Source of the DNA: Nitrospirota bacterium
GTDB taxonomy: Bacteria; Nitrospirota; Thermodesulfovibrionia; Thermodesulfovibrionales; Dissulfurispiraceae
Length of the DNA stretch: 64,000 bases
Direction: 5' to 3'
NCBI GenBank assembly: GCA_040754455.1
Contig: JBFMCP010000009.1
Span: 1 to 64,000, forward strand
The notes below the pieces were generated by a model. That model did not search any database. It worked only from the letters and a program-made list of their open reading frames with translations, and was not told where the DNA came from. Positions within the stretch are counted from its first letter, which is position 1, and every line of letters begins with the position of its first letter. This document shows, piece after piece, positions 50,606 to 61,805 of the stretch. The position numbers and the translations under genes were made by a program.

Positions 50606-50807
50606 GGCAGGGAGGGGCACTACAAGAAGCTTTATAATGCGCGATTTAGTGAACCTCCCCGCGGCAAGCCGACGGGGAACTCTGCAAAGCTTTCGTTAGA
50701 ATAGATCTGCATCACTTCTCTGTTTAAACACAGGTAATATCAGAGTTTGTTTCGCTTGTGGAAACTAAGGAAGCGCTATGAACCTCTTTTCCTCACCCCT
50801 CCCTGCC
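50606..50807 (-). repeat. copy B of the structured repeat, carrying a 47-bp insertion
   Basis: GGCAGGGAGGGG/CCCCTCCCTGCC ends; collinear with copy A once 50649-50695 is removed. Confidence 0.75.
50649..50695 (-). mobile_element. 47-bp IS200/IS605-like non-autonomous element, copy 2
   Basis: Identical to 30471-30517. Confidence 0.65.
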
Positions 50808-50926
50808 TCAATTATGCATGCCCTTTTGATGGCAATCTCCATTGCATCGTCCTTTCAAAAGGGTATAATTATGGTAAGGAGAAAGTCGCTTCTGCGTTTA
50901 AATACTGGTATAAACAGGAGATCATC

Positions 50927-51460
50927 ATGGCTACTTTCAAAGATCGTATGGTCAGTGCCGCCAAGCTGAATGTGAATCTCTACGAGGAGGTCGAGGCGGA
51001 TACCTCTGCGATGAACCAGGCACTTCTCGTGGTCGTGCTCTCCAGTTTTGCCGCAGGGATCGGCGCCTTTGAGCGGGGCGGCATCACGGGCATCATTCTG
51101 GGGACCGGCACCGCCCTTGCAGGGTGGTTCATCTGGGCCTATCTCACCTATATTATCGGCACAAAACTGTTGCCCGAACCACAGACCTCGGCAACGCTCG
51201 GCGAATTGCTGCGCACGATCGGCTTCTCAAGCTCGCCCGGGCTCATTCGTATCGCAGGCATCATACCAGGTCTGACCGGCATCGTCTTTTTCATCGCCTC
51301 TGTCTGGATGTTCGTCGCCATGGTCATCGGCGTGCGGCAGGCGCTCGACTATACGAGCACGCTCCGTGCGGTAGGCGTCTGTCTCATCGGCTGGATCGTC
51401 CAGATACTCCTCATCGCCCTTCTCTTATTCCTTATCGGCACCCCGCTGAGAGATATATGA
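50927..51460 (+). CDS. Yip1-like membrane protein
   Basis: About five hydrophobic segments; AGGAG RBS before ATG 50927. Confidence 0.75.
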   Translation: MATFKDRMVSAAKLNVNLYEEVEADTSAMNQALLVVVLSSFAAGIGAFERGGITGIILGTGTALAGWFIWAYLTYIIGTKLLPEPQTSATLGELLRTIGFSSSPGLIRIAGIIPGLTGIVFFIASVWMFVAMVIGVRQALDYTSTLRAVGVCLIGWIVQILLIALLLFLIGTPLRDI

Positions 51461-51567
51461 TGCTTTCTCTCTATGGACAGATGCGCGCTCTTGCACAAAA
51501 TGCTGCGTAAAGGTACTGTAACCATACATCCTCGTTCCCCTACTGCCTACGATGCTATGGTGAGGAA

Positions 51568-52995
51568 ATGAAGGTCCTGATCATAAATACCAATCGTCAT
51601 ACCCTTCCGGTGCCGGTCATGCCGGTCGGCGCCTGCATGGTCGCCGATGCTGCCGCGCATGCAGGGCATGAGGTGAGCTTTCTCGACCTTGCCTTTGAAA
51701 AAGATCACCTTAGCGCGCTCGCGCAGGAGCTCCGGAGGAGCAGCCCTGATGTGGTCGGGCTTTCGATACGGAACATCGACAACAACGACATGCACAATCC
51801 CGTCTGCTTTATCAAAGGGCTGCGCTCTCTGATCATTACCATCAGGGATATGACAAAGGCGCGCATCGTGCTCGGCGGCGCTGCGGTTTCGGTAATGCCG
51901 GATGAAATTATGCGCTACACCGGCGTGCACCTTGCCGTGATCGGAGACGGCGAGGTCGTTTTTCCGAAGCTGCTGAGCGCCCTCGACACCCCCTCGGAGC
52001 TGTACCGCCTCCCCGGCATTGCCTGGATAGAAAAGAGCCGCTTTAGAAAAAATCCCCGCCTCTCCCCATTTCCTTCAGAGAGCTGTTCCGCCCCCGACTT
52101 TCATCGATGGATAAAGATAAAGAACTACATCTCTCACCTGGCCACCGTGCCGCTCCAGACAAAACTCGGCTGCCAGTTCAACTGCATCTATTGCACCTAC
52201 AATAAGATCGAGGGATCTTCGTATCGCCTCTTCAGTCCCGAGAGCGTCGTGGATGCGGTCCGCAAGTTTGCTTCCCTCGGCTTCCGCGATATTGAATTCG
52301 TCGACAATGTTTTCAACGCTCCCTACACGCATGCCCTCTCGGTCTGTGAGGCCCTCTCCCGCTCCCGGCACCGCATGCGGCTCCAGAGCCTGGAGCTGAA
52401 CCCTCTCTTCATTGATGACGCGCTCATCACCGGTCTGGAGCGTGCCGGTTTTACCGGCGCCGGCATCACGGTCGAAAGTGCATCAGACACCGTACTCGCC
52501 GGCCTCGGAAAAAATTTCACTACGCAGCATGTCTATCATGCAGCAGAAGTAATGCGCCGCCACCGTCTGCCCTGCCTCTGGATATTCATGCTCGGAGGTC
52601 CGGGCGAAACAGCGGCGACCGTACGCGAGACGATCCGTTTTGCCGAAACCGCCATCCGGCCTCAGGACAGCGCCTTTTTCAATATAGGTATCCGCATCTA
52701 TCCCGGCACCGACCTTGAGTCGCTGGCGCGAAAACAGGGACTCCTCTCCCTCTCTCCCCTGGATATGCTCGAGTCGGTCTTTTACACGTCTCCTGACGTG
52801 CCGTATCACCAGATTGTGACCCAGGTCCAGCACTCCATGAATACCCATATGAACTTCATCTGCTCTGATTCGATCGGCATGCCTCTCCTCTCCTCGCTTC
52901 ATCGCTGGGGCTACCGTTTGGGAATACGGCCCCCGCTCTGGCGGTACACACCCCTTATCCGGAGAGGGCTTCGCTCGATGGGGATGCGTGTATGA
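51568..52995 (+). CDS. cobalamin-binding radical SAM protein
   Basis: N-terminal B12-binding region (PDVVGLSIRNIDN, IVLGG) and CQFNCIYC motif. Confidence 0.9.
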   Translation: MKVLIINTNRHTLPVPVMPVGACMVADAAAHAGHEVSFLDLAFEKDHLSALAQELRRSSPDVVGLSIRNIDNNDMHNPVCFIKGLRSLIITIRDMTKARIVLGGAAVSVMPDEIMRYTGVHLAVIGDGEVVFPKLLSALDTPSELYRLPGIAWIEKSRFRKNPRLSPFPSESCSAPDFHRWIKIKNYISHLATVPLQTKLGCQFNCIYCTYNKIEGSSYRLFSPESVVDAVRKFASLGFRDIEFVDNVFNAPYTHALSVCEALSRSRHRMRLQSLELNPLFIDDALITGLERAGFTGAGITVESASDTVLAGLGKNFTTQHVYHAAEVMRRHRLPCLWIFMLGGPGETAATVRETIRFAETAIRPQDSAFFNIGIRIYPGTDLESLARKQGLLSLSPLDMLESVFYTSPDVPYHQIVTQVQHSMNTHMNFICSDSIGMPLLSSLHRWGYRLGIRPPLWRYTPLIRRGLRSMGMRV

Positions 52996-54086
52996 CCCGG
53001 CCATCGTCCGGCGCTGCGTCCGCTGCTCATCCGGCCGCCGCAGCGCACATTGCAGCGGTCGAGACCGCTGTACCCGAATACACGGCAACGCAGGAGCAGG
53101 CGAGGGACTTCCTCATCAACCATTACGGCAGCAGGCTTAGCCCGCGCTCGCGTTCCATAGTGCACAAGCTCTTCTCTCATCCGGGCATCCGGAAGCGGCA
53201 CTTTGCCTTTGATGCTCCCGACTGCCTCATCAATGAGGACCCGGATCAAAGGATCAGGCGGTTCACCAATAAAGCGGTAGAGCTCTCCTCCCGCGCCATT
53301 ATGCATGCCCTCTCGCGTGCAGGCATTTCACCTGCTGAAGTAAACGGGCTCATCGTGAACACCTGTACCGGCTATATCTGTCCTGGGATATCGACCTATC
53401 TCATCGAGATGCTGAATCTGCCCCGCACTGTCCAGGCCTATGATCTGGTCGGGAGCGGCTGTGGCGGAGCGCTTCCCAACCTCAGGGTCGCCGAATCGCT
53501 CTTGAAGGGAGAGGCTTCAGGGGTCGTGGTGAGCGCTTCGGTAGAGATCTGCAGCGCCACCTTTCAGATGGAAGACGACCTGAGCCTGATCGTCTCAAAT
53601 GCGCTCTTTGCCGACGGTGCTGCAGCTGCGGTGCTCTGGAACAGGCCCGAAGGGTTCGAATTGGTAGCTTCAGCGAGCTACTATGTCCCGGAGCATCGGG
53701 ACGACATTCGTTATGTGCACCGGAACGGACAGCTCTTTAATCAAATCTCGAGCACGCTTTCCCATGCGGTTAAAAAAGCGGCTGCCCGTGTCGTGGACGA
53801 TCTTTTGAAACCGAGAGGTCTTTCGATAGGCAATATCAGGCACTGGGCGCTCCATAACGGCGGAGAAAAGATCATCGCTGCCATAAAATCAGAGATAGGT
53901 CTCTCCGAAGAACAACTCAGGGCAACACGCGCCATCCTCGCCGGCTACGGAAACATGTCATCACCGACGGTCTGGTTTGTGCTCCGGAATATTATTGAGA
54001 ACGGAATCGAGCCGGGCGAATGGTGTGTCATGCTCGCCTTCGGCGCAGGTCTTTCGGCGCACGGCTATCTGTTGAGGAAAAAGTAA
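52992..54086 (+). CDS. type III polyketide synthase
   Basis: TCTG, catalytic Cys GSGCGG, EICS, LFADGA, His HNGG, Asn GNMSS, FGAGL. Confidence 0.92.
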   Translation: MTRPSSGAASAAHPAAAAHIAAVETAVPEYTATQEQARDFLINHYGSRLSPRSRSIVHKLFSHPGIRKRHFAFDAPDCLINEDPDQRIRRFTNKAVELSSRAIMHALSRAGISPAEVNGLIVNTCTGYICPGISTYLIEMLNLPRTVQAYDLVGSGCGGALPNLRVAESLLKGEASGVVVSASVEICSATFQMEDDLSLIVSNALFADGAAAAVLWNRPEGFELVASASYYVPEHRDDIRYVHRNGQLFNQISSTLSHAVKKAAARVVDDLLKPRGLSIGNIRHWALHNGGEKIIAAIKSEIGLSEEQLRATRAILAGYGNMSSPTVWFVLRNIIENGIEPGEWCVMLAFGAGLSAHGYLLRKK

Positions 54087-54099
54087 TTTACTGAGCGTA

Positions 54100-54336
54100 T
54101 CAGACAAACTTATCGATCGTTCGCCGGACTTCGGACGTCCCCTCTTTCTTCTGGACCTCAACCACGTGTCTTACCGATGCATCGCCGTTGTCTTTTTCTT
54201 TGGCGGCAGGATGTGACGCTCCTGCGGATGCCGCCCTCCTCACGTTGTCATCTTGATCGCCATTGTTGTACGTCTTTTTCAGTCTCTCCTGCGCTACCTC
54301 AGATGATGCAGTGTTCTGTATCGGAATAATGGGCAT
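54100..54336 (-). CDS. small hypothetical protein
   Basis: GAGGAGGAG RBS; sigma28-like promoter upstream. Confidence 0.6.
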   Translation of the reverse strand: MPIIPIQNTASSEVAQERLKKTYNNGDQDDNVRRAASAGASHPAAKEKDNGDASVRHVVEVQKKEGTSEVRRTIDKFV

Positions 54337-54372
54337 CGTCTCCTCCTCGCGTCGCGGGCTGCCTTTCTTTAC

Positions 54373-54399
54373 CTATCGGGTGTCTGCGGATGATCTTAA
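54373..54399 (-). promoter_or_regulatory. sigma28-like promoter
   Basis: TTAA-N15-CCCGATAG. Confidence 0.5.
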
Positions 54400-54436
54400 T
54401 GCCCGTTCGCGCATTTTTCGGCCAAACTGCACCCTT

Positions 54437-54452
54437 TGTGACATCAATCACA
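54437..54452. promoter_or_regulatory. CRP/FNR-family binding site
   Basis: Perfect TGTGA-CATCAA-TCACA. Confidence 0.6.
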
Positions 54453-54483
54453 TCGAGCGCCCATTCTGGAGGAAAATATACGC

Positions 54484-54717
54484 TTATCTCTCGTATCTCT
54501 TCACCCTGTCTTTCAGACTGCTGAAGGACTCCTTTGCCCTTTCAGCCTGTCCCTTTGTCTTCTCCATCTCCTCGGTATCCCTCCGCCACTTGCACCAGCC
54601 GGCATGTCCCTCGAGCCTCCCGCCGATTTCCTCCTCCGTCTTTCTACAGTAGACACATACATATTTTTCATTCACCTTCTCTTTGAGGTACTCGGTATAT
54701 TTTTCCTGCTCGGACAT
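54484..54717 (-). CDS. small hypothetical protein, possibly Zn-binding
   Basis: AAGGAG RBS; CVYC...HAGWC. Confidence 0.6.
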   Translation of the reverse strand: MSEQEKYTEYLKEKVNEKYVCVYCRKTEEEIGGRLEGHAGWCKWRRDTEEMEKTKGQAERAKESFSSLKDRVKRYER

Positions 54718-54918
54718 GATTATCTCCTTATTACATAGTATTGTTGAAGCAGCGACGAATCGATTCTGTACAGCGGTACTTAATAAGGACGGTAAAAACC
54801 TTTTATAAATGATAGCACCTTTTTGTGAGGAAGCAACTCACATACTATCTTTCAGGATAAAAGAGTACGCTTTACGAAAGATGAAAAGATATTACAGGCG
54901 CTATCGTATCACTGCAAA

Positions 54919-57287
<2,369 letters not shown>

Positions 57288-57380
57288 AACTTTTTTTATG
57301 ATAACATACTAAGGCTCTTCGCCGGAAAAAGCAAAGAATGTACGTTGCAGTGTTACAGTTCCAAAAGCGCTGCTAGAATT

Positions 57381-58922
57381 ATGCATAAACTGAAAACAAA
57401 ATTCAATCAATGGTACGGCCCTGCTCTGATATCGGGGTTTTTACTGTATTGCTCTTTTCCCGAGATCGATCTCTTTCCGCTCGCCTGGATCGCCCTCGTC
57501 CCGTTATTCACCTTTTTGTATGATAAAAATGAGATCGAGGCGTTCAAGGCAGGGTTCCTGACCGGCCTTGTCTATTTCTTCGGCACCACCTACTGGGTCT
57601 ACCACTCGATCAACAAATATGGCGGTATTCCGCTTGTCCCGAGTCTTCTTCTGGTGCTCATCATGTGCATGTACCTGAGCCTGTACCCCGCCGTTTTCTC
57701 CTGCATCTATTCGTCCTATGTTCGAAGGACCGATCTCCCCTCGCTCTTTGTCGCTCCCGTATTCTGGACAACATTGGAGTTTTTGCGTTCCTATGCGTTG
57801 AGCGGTTTTCCCTGGTCAAGCCTCGGCTACAGCCAGTACCGTTTTTTGCCGGCGATACAGATCGCGGATATCACCGGCGTCTACGGCATCTCTTTCCTGA
57901 TCGTCGCGGTGAACGGAGCGATCACCGATATACTTCTCAACAAGCGGCGGCGCATCGAGCGGCCGCTTGCCTCGATCTTTCCCCTCGTGAGTGGTTTCGC
58001 TGCCCTAGCCCTCGCCATCGTCCTTACCTTCTCCTACGGCTTTTACCGCATGTACCAGACCCCGAGCGGCCATACAGTCAATGTTGCCGTTGTCCAGGGG
58101 AACATAGAGCAGGACGTAAAGTGGGATCCTGCCTACCAGCAGGCAGTGCTCGCCACGTATAAAAACCTCTCTTTCAGCGCTGCACAGAAGTCGCCAGACC
58201 TGATTGTCTGGCCCGAGACTTCGCTGCCTTTTTACTTCAGGACCGACAAGGCGCTGACAGACGACCTCATCGCCTTTCACCAGCAGCAGAATTCCTATCT
58301 CCTCTTCGGCAGCATCCTCCAGAAGCGGGGAGAGGAGGGTACGGTAAAGGGGTATGCCAACAGTGCCGTACTACTTGATAAATATGGAAATATAACTTAC
58401 ATTTATGATAAAATACATTTGGTTCCCTTCGGGGAGTATGTCCCGTTCCGGTGGCTCTTTTCCTTTCTTGATCTGACCGGCTCAATAGGTGACTTTGTTC
58501 CCGGAGAGAGCTATATAAAGGCAGTGACCCCTTTCGGCAGTTTCGGCACGCTCATCTGCTATGAAATTATATTCCCCGGTCTCGTCAGGAAATTTTATGT
58601 CAAAGGGGGGGACTTTATCGTGAACATCACCAACGATGCCTGGTTCGGCAGTACGCACGGGCCGCACCAGCACTTCAGTATGGCGGTGTTCAGGGCGATA
58701 GAGAACAGAAAGCCGGTGGTACGTGCCGCCAACACCGGCATATCGGGCTTTATCGACAGCAGCGGGAGGATCCTCGCGACAACGGGTCTGTTCAAAAGAA
58801 CCGTCATCGTCTCTCCGGTAAAGACCGACGCGACATTGTCGAAGTATACGAAATACGGCGACATCTTCTCGTATATGTGCATTGTCTGCTCGCTGCTGAT
58901 CCTTGTCGGAAGAAGACGATAG
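57381..58922 (+). CDS. lnt: apolipoprotein N-acyltransferase
   Basis: GFPW, QGNI, WPE, KIHLVPFGEY, ICYE, TNDAWF, RAIE; start uncertain. Confidence 0.93.
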   Translation: MHKLKTKFNQWYGPALISGFLLYCSFPEIDLFPLAWIALVPLFTFLYDKNEIEAFKAGFLTGLVYFFGTTYWVYHSINKYGGIPLVPSLLLVLIMCMYLSLYPAVFSCIYSSYVRRTDLPSLFVAPVFWTTLEFLRSYALSGFPWSSLGYSQYRFLPAIQIADITGVYGISFLIVAVNGAITDILLNKRRRIERPLASIFPLVSGFAALALAIVLTFSYGFYRMYQTPSGHTVNVAVVQGNIEQDVKWDPAYQQAVLATYKNLSFSAAQKSPDLIVWPETSLPFYFRTDKALTDDLIAFHQQQNSYLLFGSILQKRGEEGTVKGYANSAVLLDKYGNITYIYDKIHLVPFGEYVPFRWLFSFLDLTGSIGDFVPGESYIKAVTPFGSFGTLICYEIIFPGLVRKFYVKGGDFIVNITNDAWFGSTHGPHQHFSMAVFRAIENRKPVVRAANTGISGFIDSSGRILATTGLFKRTVIVSPVKTDATLSKYTKYGDIFSYMCIVCSLLILVGRRR

Positions 58923-58946
58923 ATTTCATTACGGAGGTTAACGAAC

Positions 58947-60072
58947 ATGTTGCTGCAAAATGAGCTTAAAGAAGATATCGCAAAACTTAAGGAGAAGACA
59001 CTCTCCCTGAGAGGTTATCTTTGATGTCGACAAACTGCAGTCCGAACTTTCTGAAATAGATAGAGAACTTTCCTCTGAAGCAGTATGGGCCTCCCCTGAA
59101 AAACTCAGGGAGCTGAACAAGAAAAAGACCGATATCCTGGAAACCCTCCAGCCCGTCGAAGCAGTGCTCGGCAAAGTACTCTACCTCGAGGAGTCTCTCG
59201 CCATACTCAATGAAGAGGAAGGGGAGATATTCCTTGCCGATCTGAAAAAAGAGATCGAAGGCGTCAAAAAGGAAATCGAAGATATCGAGATCAAGGTGCT
59301 CCTTTCCGGAGAGCTCGACAGGAACAACGCGATCGTCACGATCCATCCGGGCGCCGGCGGCCTCGAGAGCCAGGACTGGGCCCAGATGCTCATGCGCATG
59401 TATCTGCGGTGGGCCGAGCGCCGCGGCTTTAAAACAGAGATGGCGGACTACCAGCCCGGAGAGGAGGCGGGGATCAAGAGCGTCACCTTTACGGTCGAAG
59501 GTCCCTATGCCTACGGCTACATGAAGGCAGAGGCAGGGATCCACCGGCTGGTCCGGATTTCGCCTTTTGACCAGGCAAAAAGAAGGCATACCTCCTTCTC
59601 GGCGGTGCTGGTCTATCCCGAAATCAAAGAGGATATTGTGGTTGATATACGGGATGAAGACCTCAAGATCGACACCTTCAGGGCATCGGGCGCCGGAGGC
59701 CAGCATGTGAACAAGGTCTCCTCGGCTGTAAGAATTACCCATATCCCGACAGGGTTCATCGTCTCGTGCCAGAGCGAACGTTCACAGCTTAGGAACAAGG
59801 AGATGGCAATGAAAATACTGAAGGCACGGCTCTATGATCTTTCTTTAAAAGAGAAAGAGAAGAAGATGGACGATATCATCGGTGACAAGAAAGGCATTTC
59901 CTGGGGTAACCAGATCAGGTCGTATGTGCTTCAGCCGTACCGTATGGTAAAGGACCATAGGACCAACTTAGAGGTCGGTGATGTGGATGCAGTGCTCGAC
60001 GGCGATATCGATGTCTTTATTAGGGGGTTCTTGAACTATGCTTCATCACAGAGGGACGGTAATGGCGGATAA
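58947..60072 (+). CDS. prfB: peptide chain release factor 2 (programmed +1 frameshift)
   Basis: 25 codons ending AGA GGT TAT CTT TGA (59019-59024); the +1 frame continues to SPF and GGQ. Confidence 0.95.
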
Positions 60073-60084
60073 CCCTACTATCTT

Positions 60085-60345
60085 TATTTATATACGTAAA
60101 AGGTAGTAGTAGCAATAGGCGCTGTGGAATTGTTGGTATAGCAGGTAAATGCTTAATAATCAATAAGTTGTTTGAATTATAACTTTTGCGTTAGCTTACC
60201 ATTTCTTCCGGAGGACCGGCAGGAGGGCGTTGTTAACAAAAGCGCCAACAATTTATTGCCCTCCTTTTCACATATAGGATATAATGTGGGTGCTTAAAAA
60301 GGACCTAGTTATTAACAATTGTCAATATTATGTTAATAATTTACT
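60085..60345. other. putative replication origin oriC
   Basis: AT-rich gap upstream of dnaA. Minus strand ATACCAACA-ATTCCACA-GCGCC-TATTGCTACTACTAC (tandem boxes, GC motif, trios; 60139-60103). Further box-like 9-mers at 60231, 60264, 60309, 60331. Confidence 0.75.
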
Positions 60346-60431
60346 GATTTGTAATGAGAGAACGGCGCGCAGCCGTCGTACTGCCAAAAGAGACACACTA
60401 CCGCTCATCGTCGGGGGGGGGGATTACAGCA

Positions 60432-61766
60432 GTGAACAGCGAAGATATATGGAATAAGAGTCTTTCTAAAATTGCAGAAAGGGTGGGGGAGAATCTCTAT
60501 GAGCTGTGGTTCAAACCGATGAAGCTCCTCAGCCTGAAAGACCAGACGCTCACCCTCGGCATCCCGAACCGGTTTTTCAGGGAATGGATCGAAGATTACT
60601 ATCCCTCGATCATCACCGAGGTGGCAGAGGGGATGCTCGGCGCTCCGGTCACAGTAAAATATAAGATCATAGAGAAAGAGGACGCGGCCCTCAAGAAGCT
60701 CGATACCAAGCTCGAAAACAGGAGGAACAAGCTCGCGAGCAGAGGTATCTACCTCAGCCCGAAATATACGTTCGACACCTTTGTGGTCGGTCCGTCGAAC
60801 CAGTTCGCCCATGCCGCCTCGCGGAGGGTTGCCGAAAACCCCGGCTTTGCCTACAACCCGCTCTTTATCTACGGTGGCGTCGGTCTCGGCAAAACGCACT
60901 TGATGAATGCGATCGGCAATGCCATTGCCGACCACTATCCGGACAAAACGATCTGCTATGTATCGGCCGAGCAGTTCACCAACGAGGTGATCTCCGCGCT
61001 GCGCCACGAGAAGATGGCTGAGTTTAAAGAGAAATACCGGAACGTGGATGTCATGCTGATCGACGACATACAGTTCATCGCGAACAAGACGACAACCCAG
61101 GAGGAATTTTTCCATACGTTCAACTCCCTCTACGAAAAGCAGCGCCAGATCGTGGTCTCGAGCGACCGGGCGCCGATGGAGATACCGGACATCACCGACC
61201 GGCTCAGATCGCGGTTCAGCATGGGGCTCATCGCCGACATACAGGCACCCGAAGTCGAGACCAAGGTCGCCATCATCTATAAAAAGGCCGAGAAGGAGAA
61301 GCTGGCGATACCGGAGGACGTGGCCTACTTTATCGCCACGAGGGTGAAGTCGAACATCAGGGAGCTCGAAGGCTGCCTGATCAAGCTCGGCGCCCACGCC
61401 TCGCTCACCGGCATGCCCATCGATACCGCCATGGCAAAGACGGTGTTGAAGGACCTGATTGCCGATGAAGAGCGGCCCGTCACCGTTGACGCGATACAGA
61501 AAGCGGTCTGCGAATACTTCGGTGTGAAGATCCAGGACTTGAAGGCGAGGAAGCGGACCAAGGAGATCGCGAACGCGCGCCAGATCGCCATGTACCTGTC
61601 GAAGCAGCATACCGGCCTCTCGCTCAGCGAGATAGGAAAATTTTTCGGGGGTAAAGACCACGCCACCGTAATCTACGCCTGCAAGCAGATCGAGGAGAAG
61701 CGGTCCAAGGACGAGCATCTCAACCGGAGCATCGAGCAGGTCGCGCGGCGCATCACAGGAATATAA
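60432..61766 (+). CDS. dnaA: chromosomal replication initiator DnaA
   Basis: YNPLFIYGGVGLGKTHL, DDIQF, RELEG, GGKDHATV; GTG start inferred. Confidence 0.97.
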   Translation: MNSEDIWNKSLSKIAERVGENLYELWFKPMKLLSLKDQTLTLGIPNRFFREWIEDYYPSIITEVAEGMLGAPVTVKYKIIEKEDAALKKLDTKLENRRNKLASRGIYLSPKYTFDTFVVGPSNQFAHAASRRVAENPGFAYNPLFIYGGVGLGKTHLMNAIGNAIADHYPDKTICYVSAEQFTNEVISALRHEKMAEFKEKYRNVDVMLIDDIQFIANKTTTQEEFFHTFNSLYEKQRQIVVSSDRAPMEIPDITDRLRSRFSMGLIADIQAPEVETKVAIIYKKAEKEKLAIPEDVAYFIATRVKSNIRELEGCLIKLGAHASLTGMPIDTAMAKTVLKDLIADEERPVTVDAIQKAVCEYFGVKIQDLKARKRTKEIANARQIAMYLSKQHTGLSLSEIGKFFGGKDHATVIYACKQIEEKRSKDEHLNRSIEQVARRITGI

Positions 61767-61805
61767 GACGTCCCGCAGCTATAGATTTATGAACGGAGGA
61801 CAGCA

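Noticed and set aside
60413..60422. G10 tract before dnaA as a phase-variation switch
   Set aside because: It sits at the Shine-Dalgarno position of the inferred GTG start, outside the CDS; no evidence of variation
60405..61718. Long antisense ORFs (opposite dnaA, clpB, pyrG, the debranching gene, etc.)
   Set aside because: Shadow frames of well-supported genes, caused by codon bias
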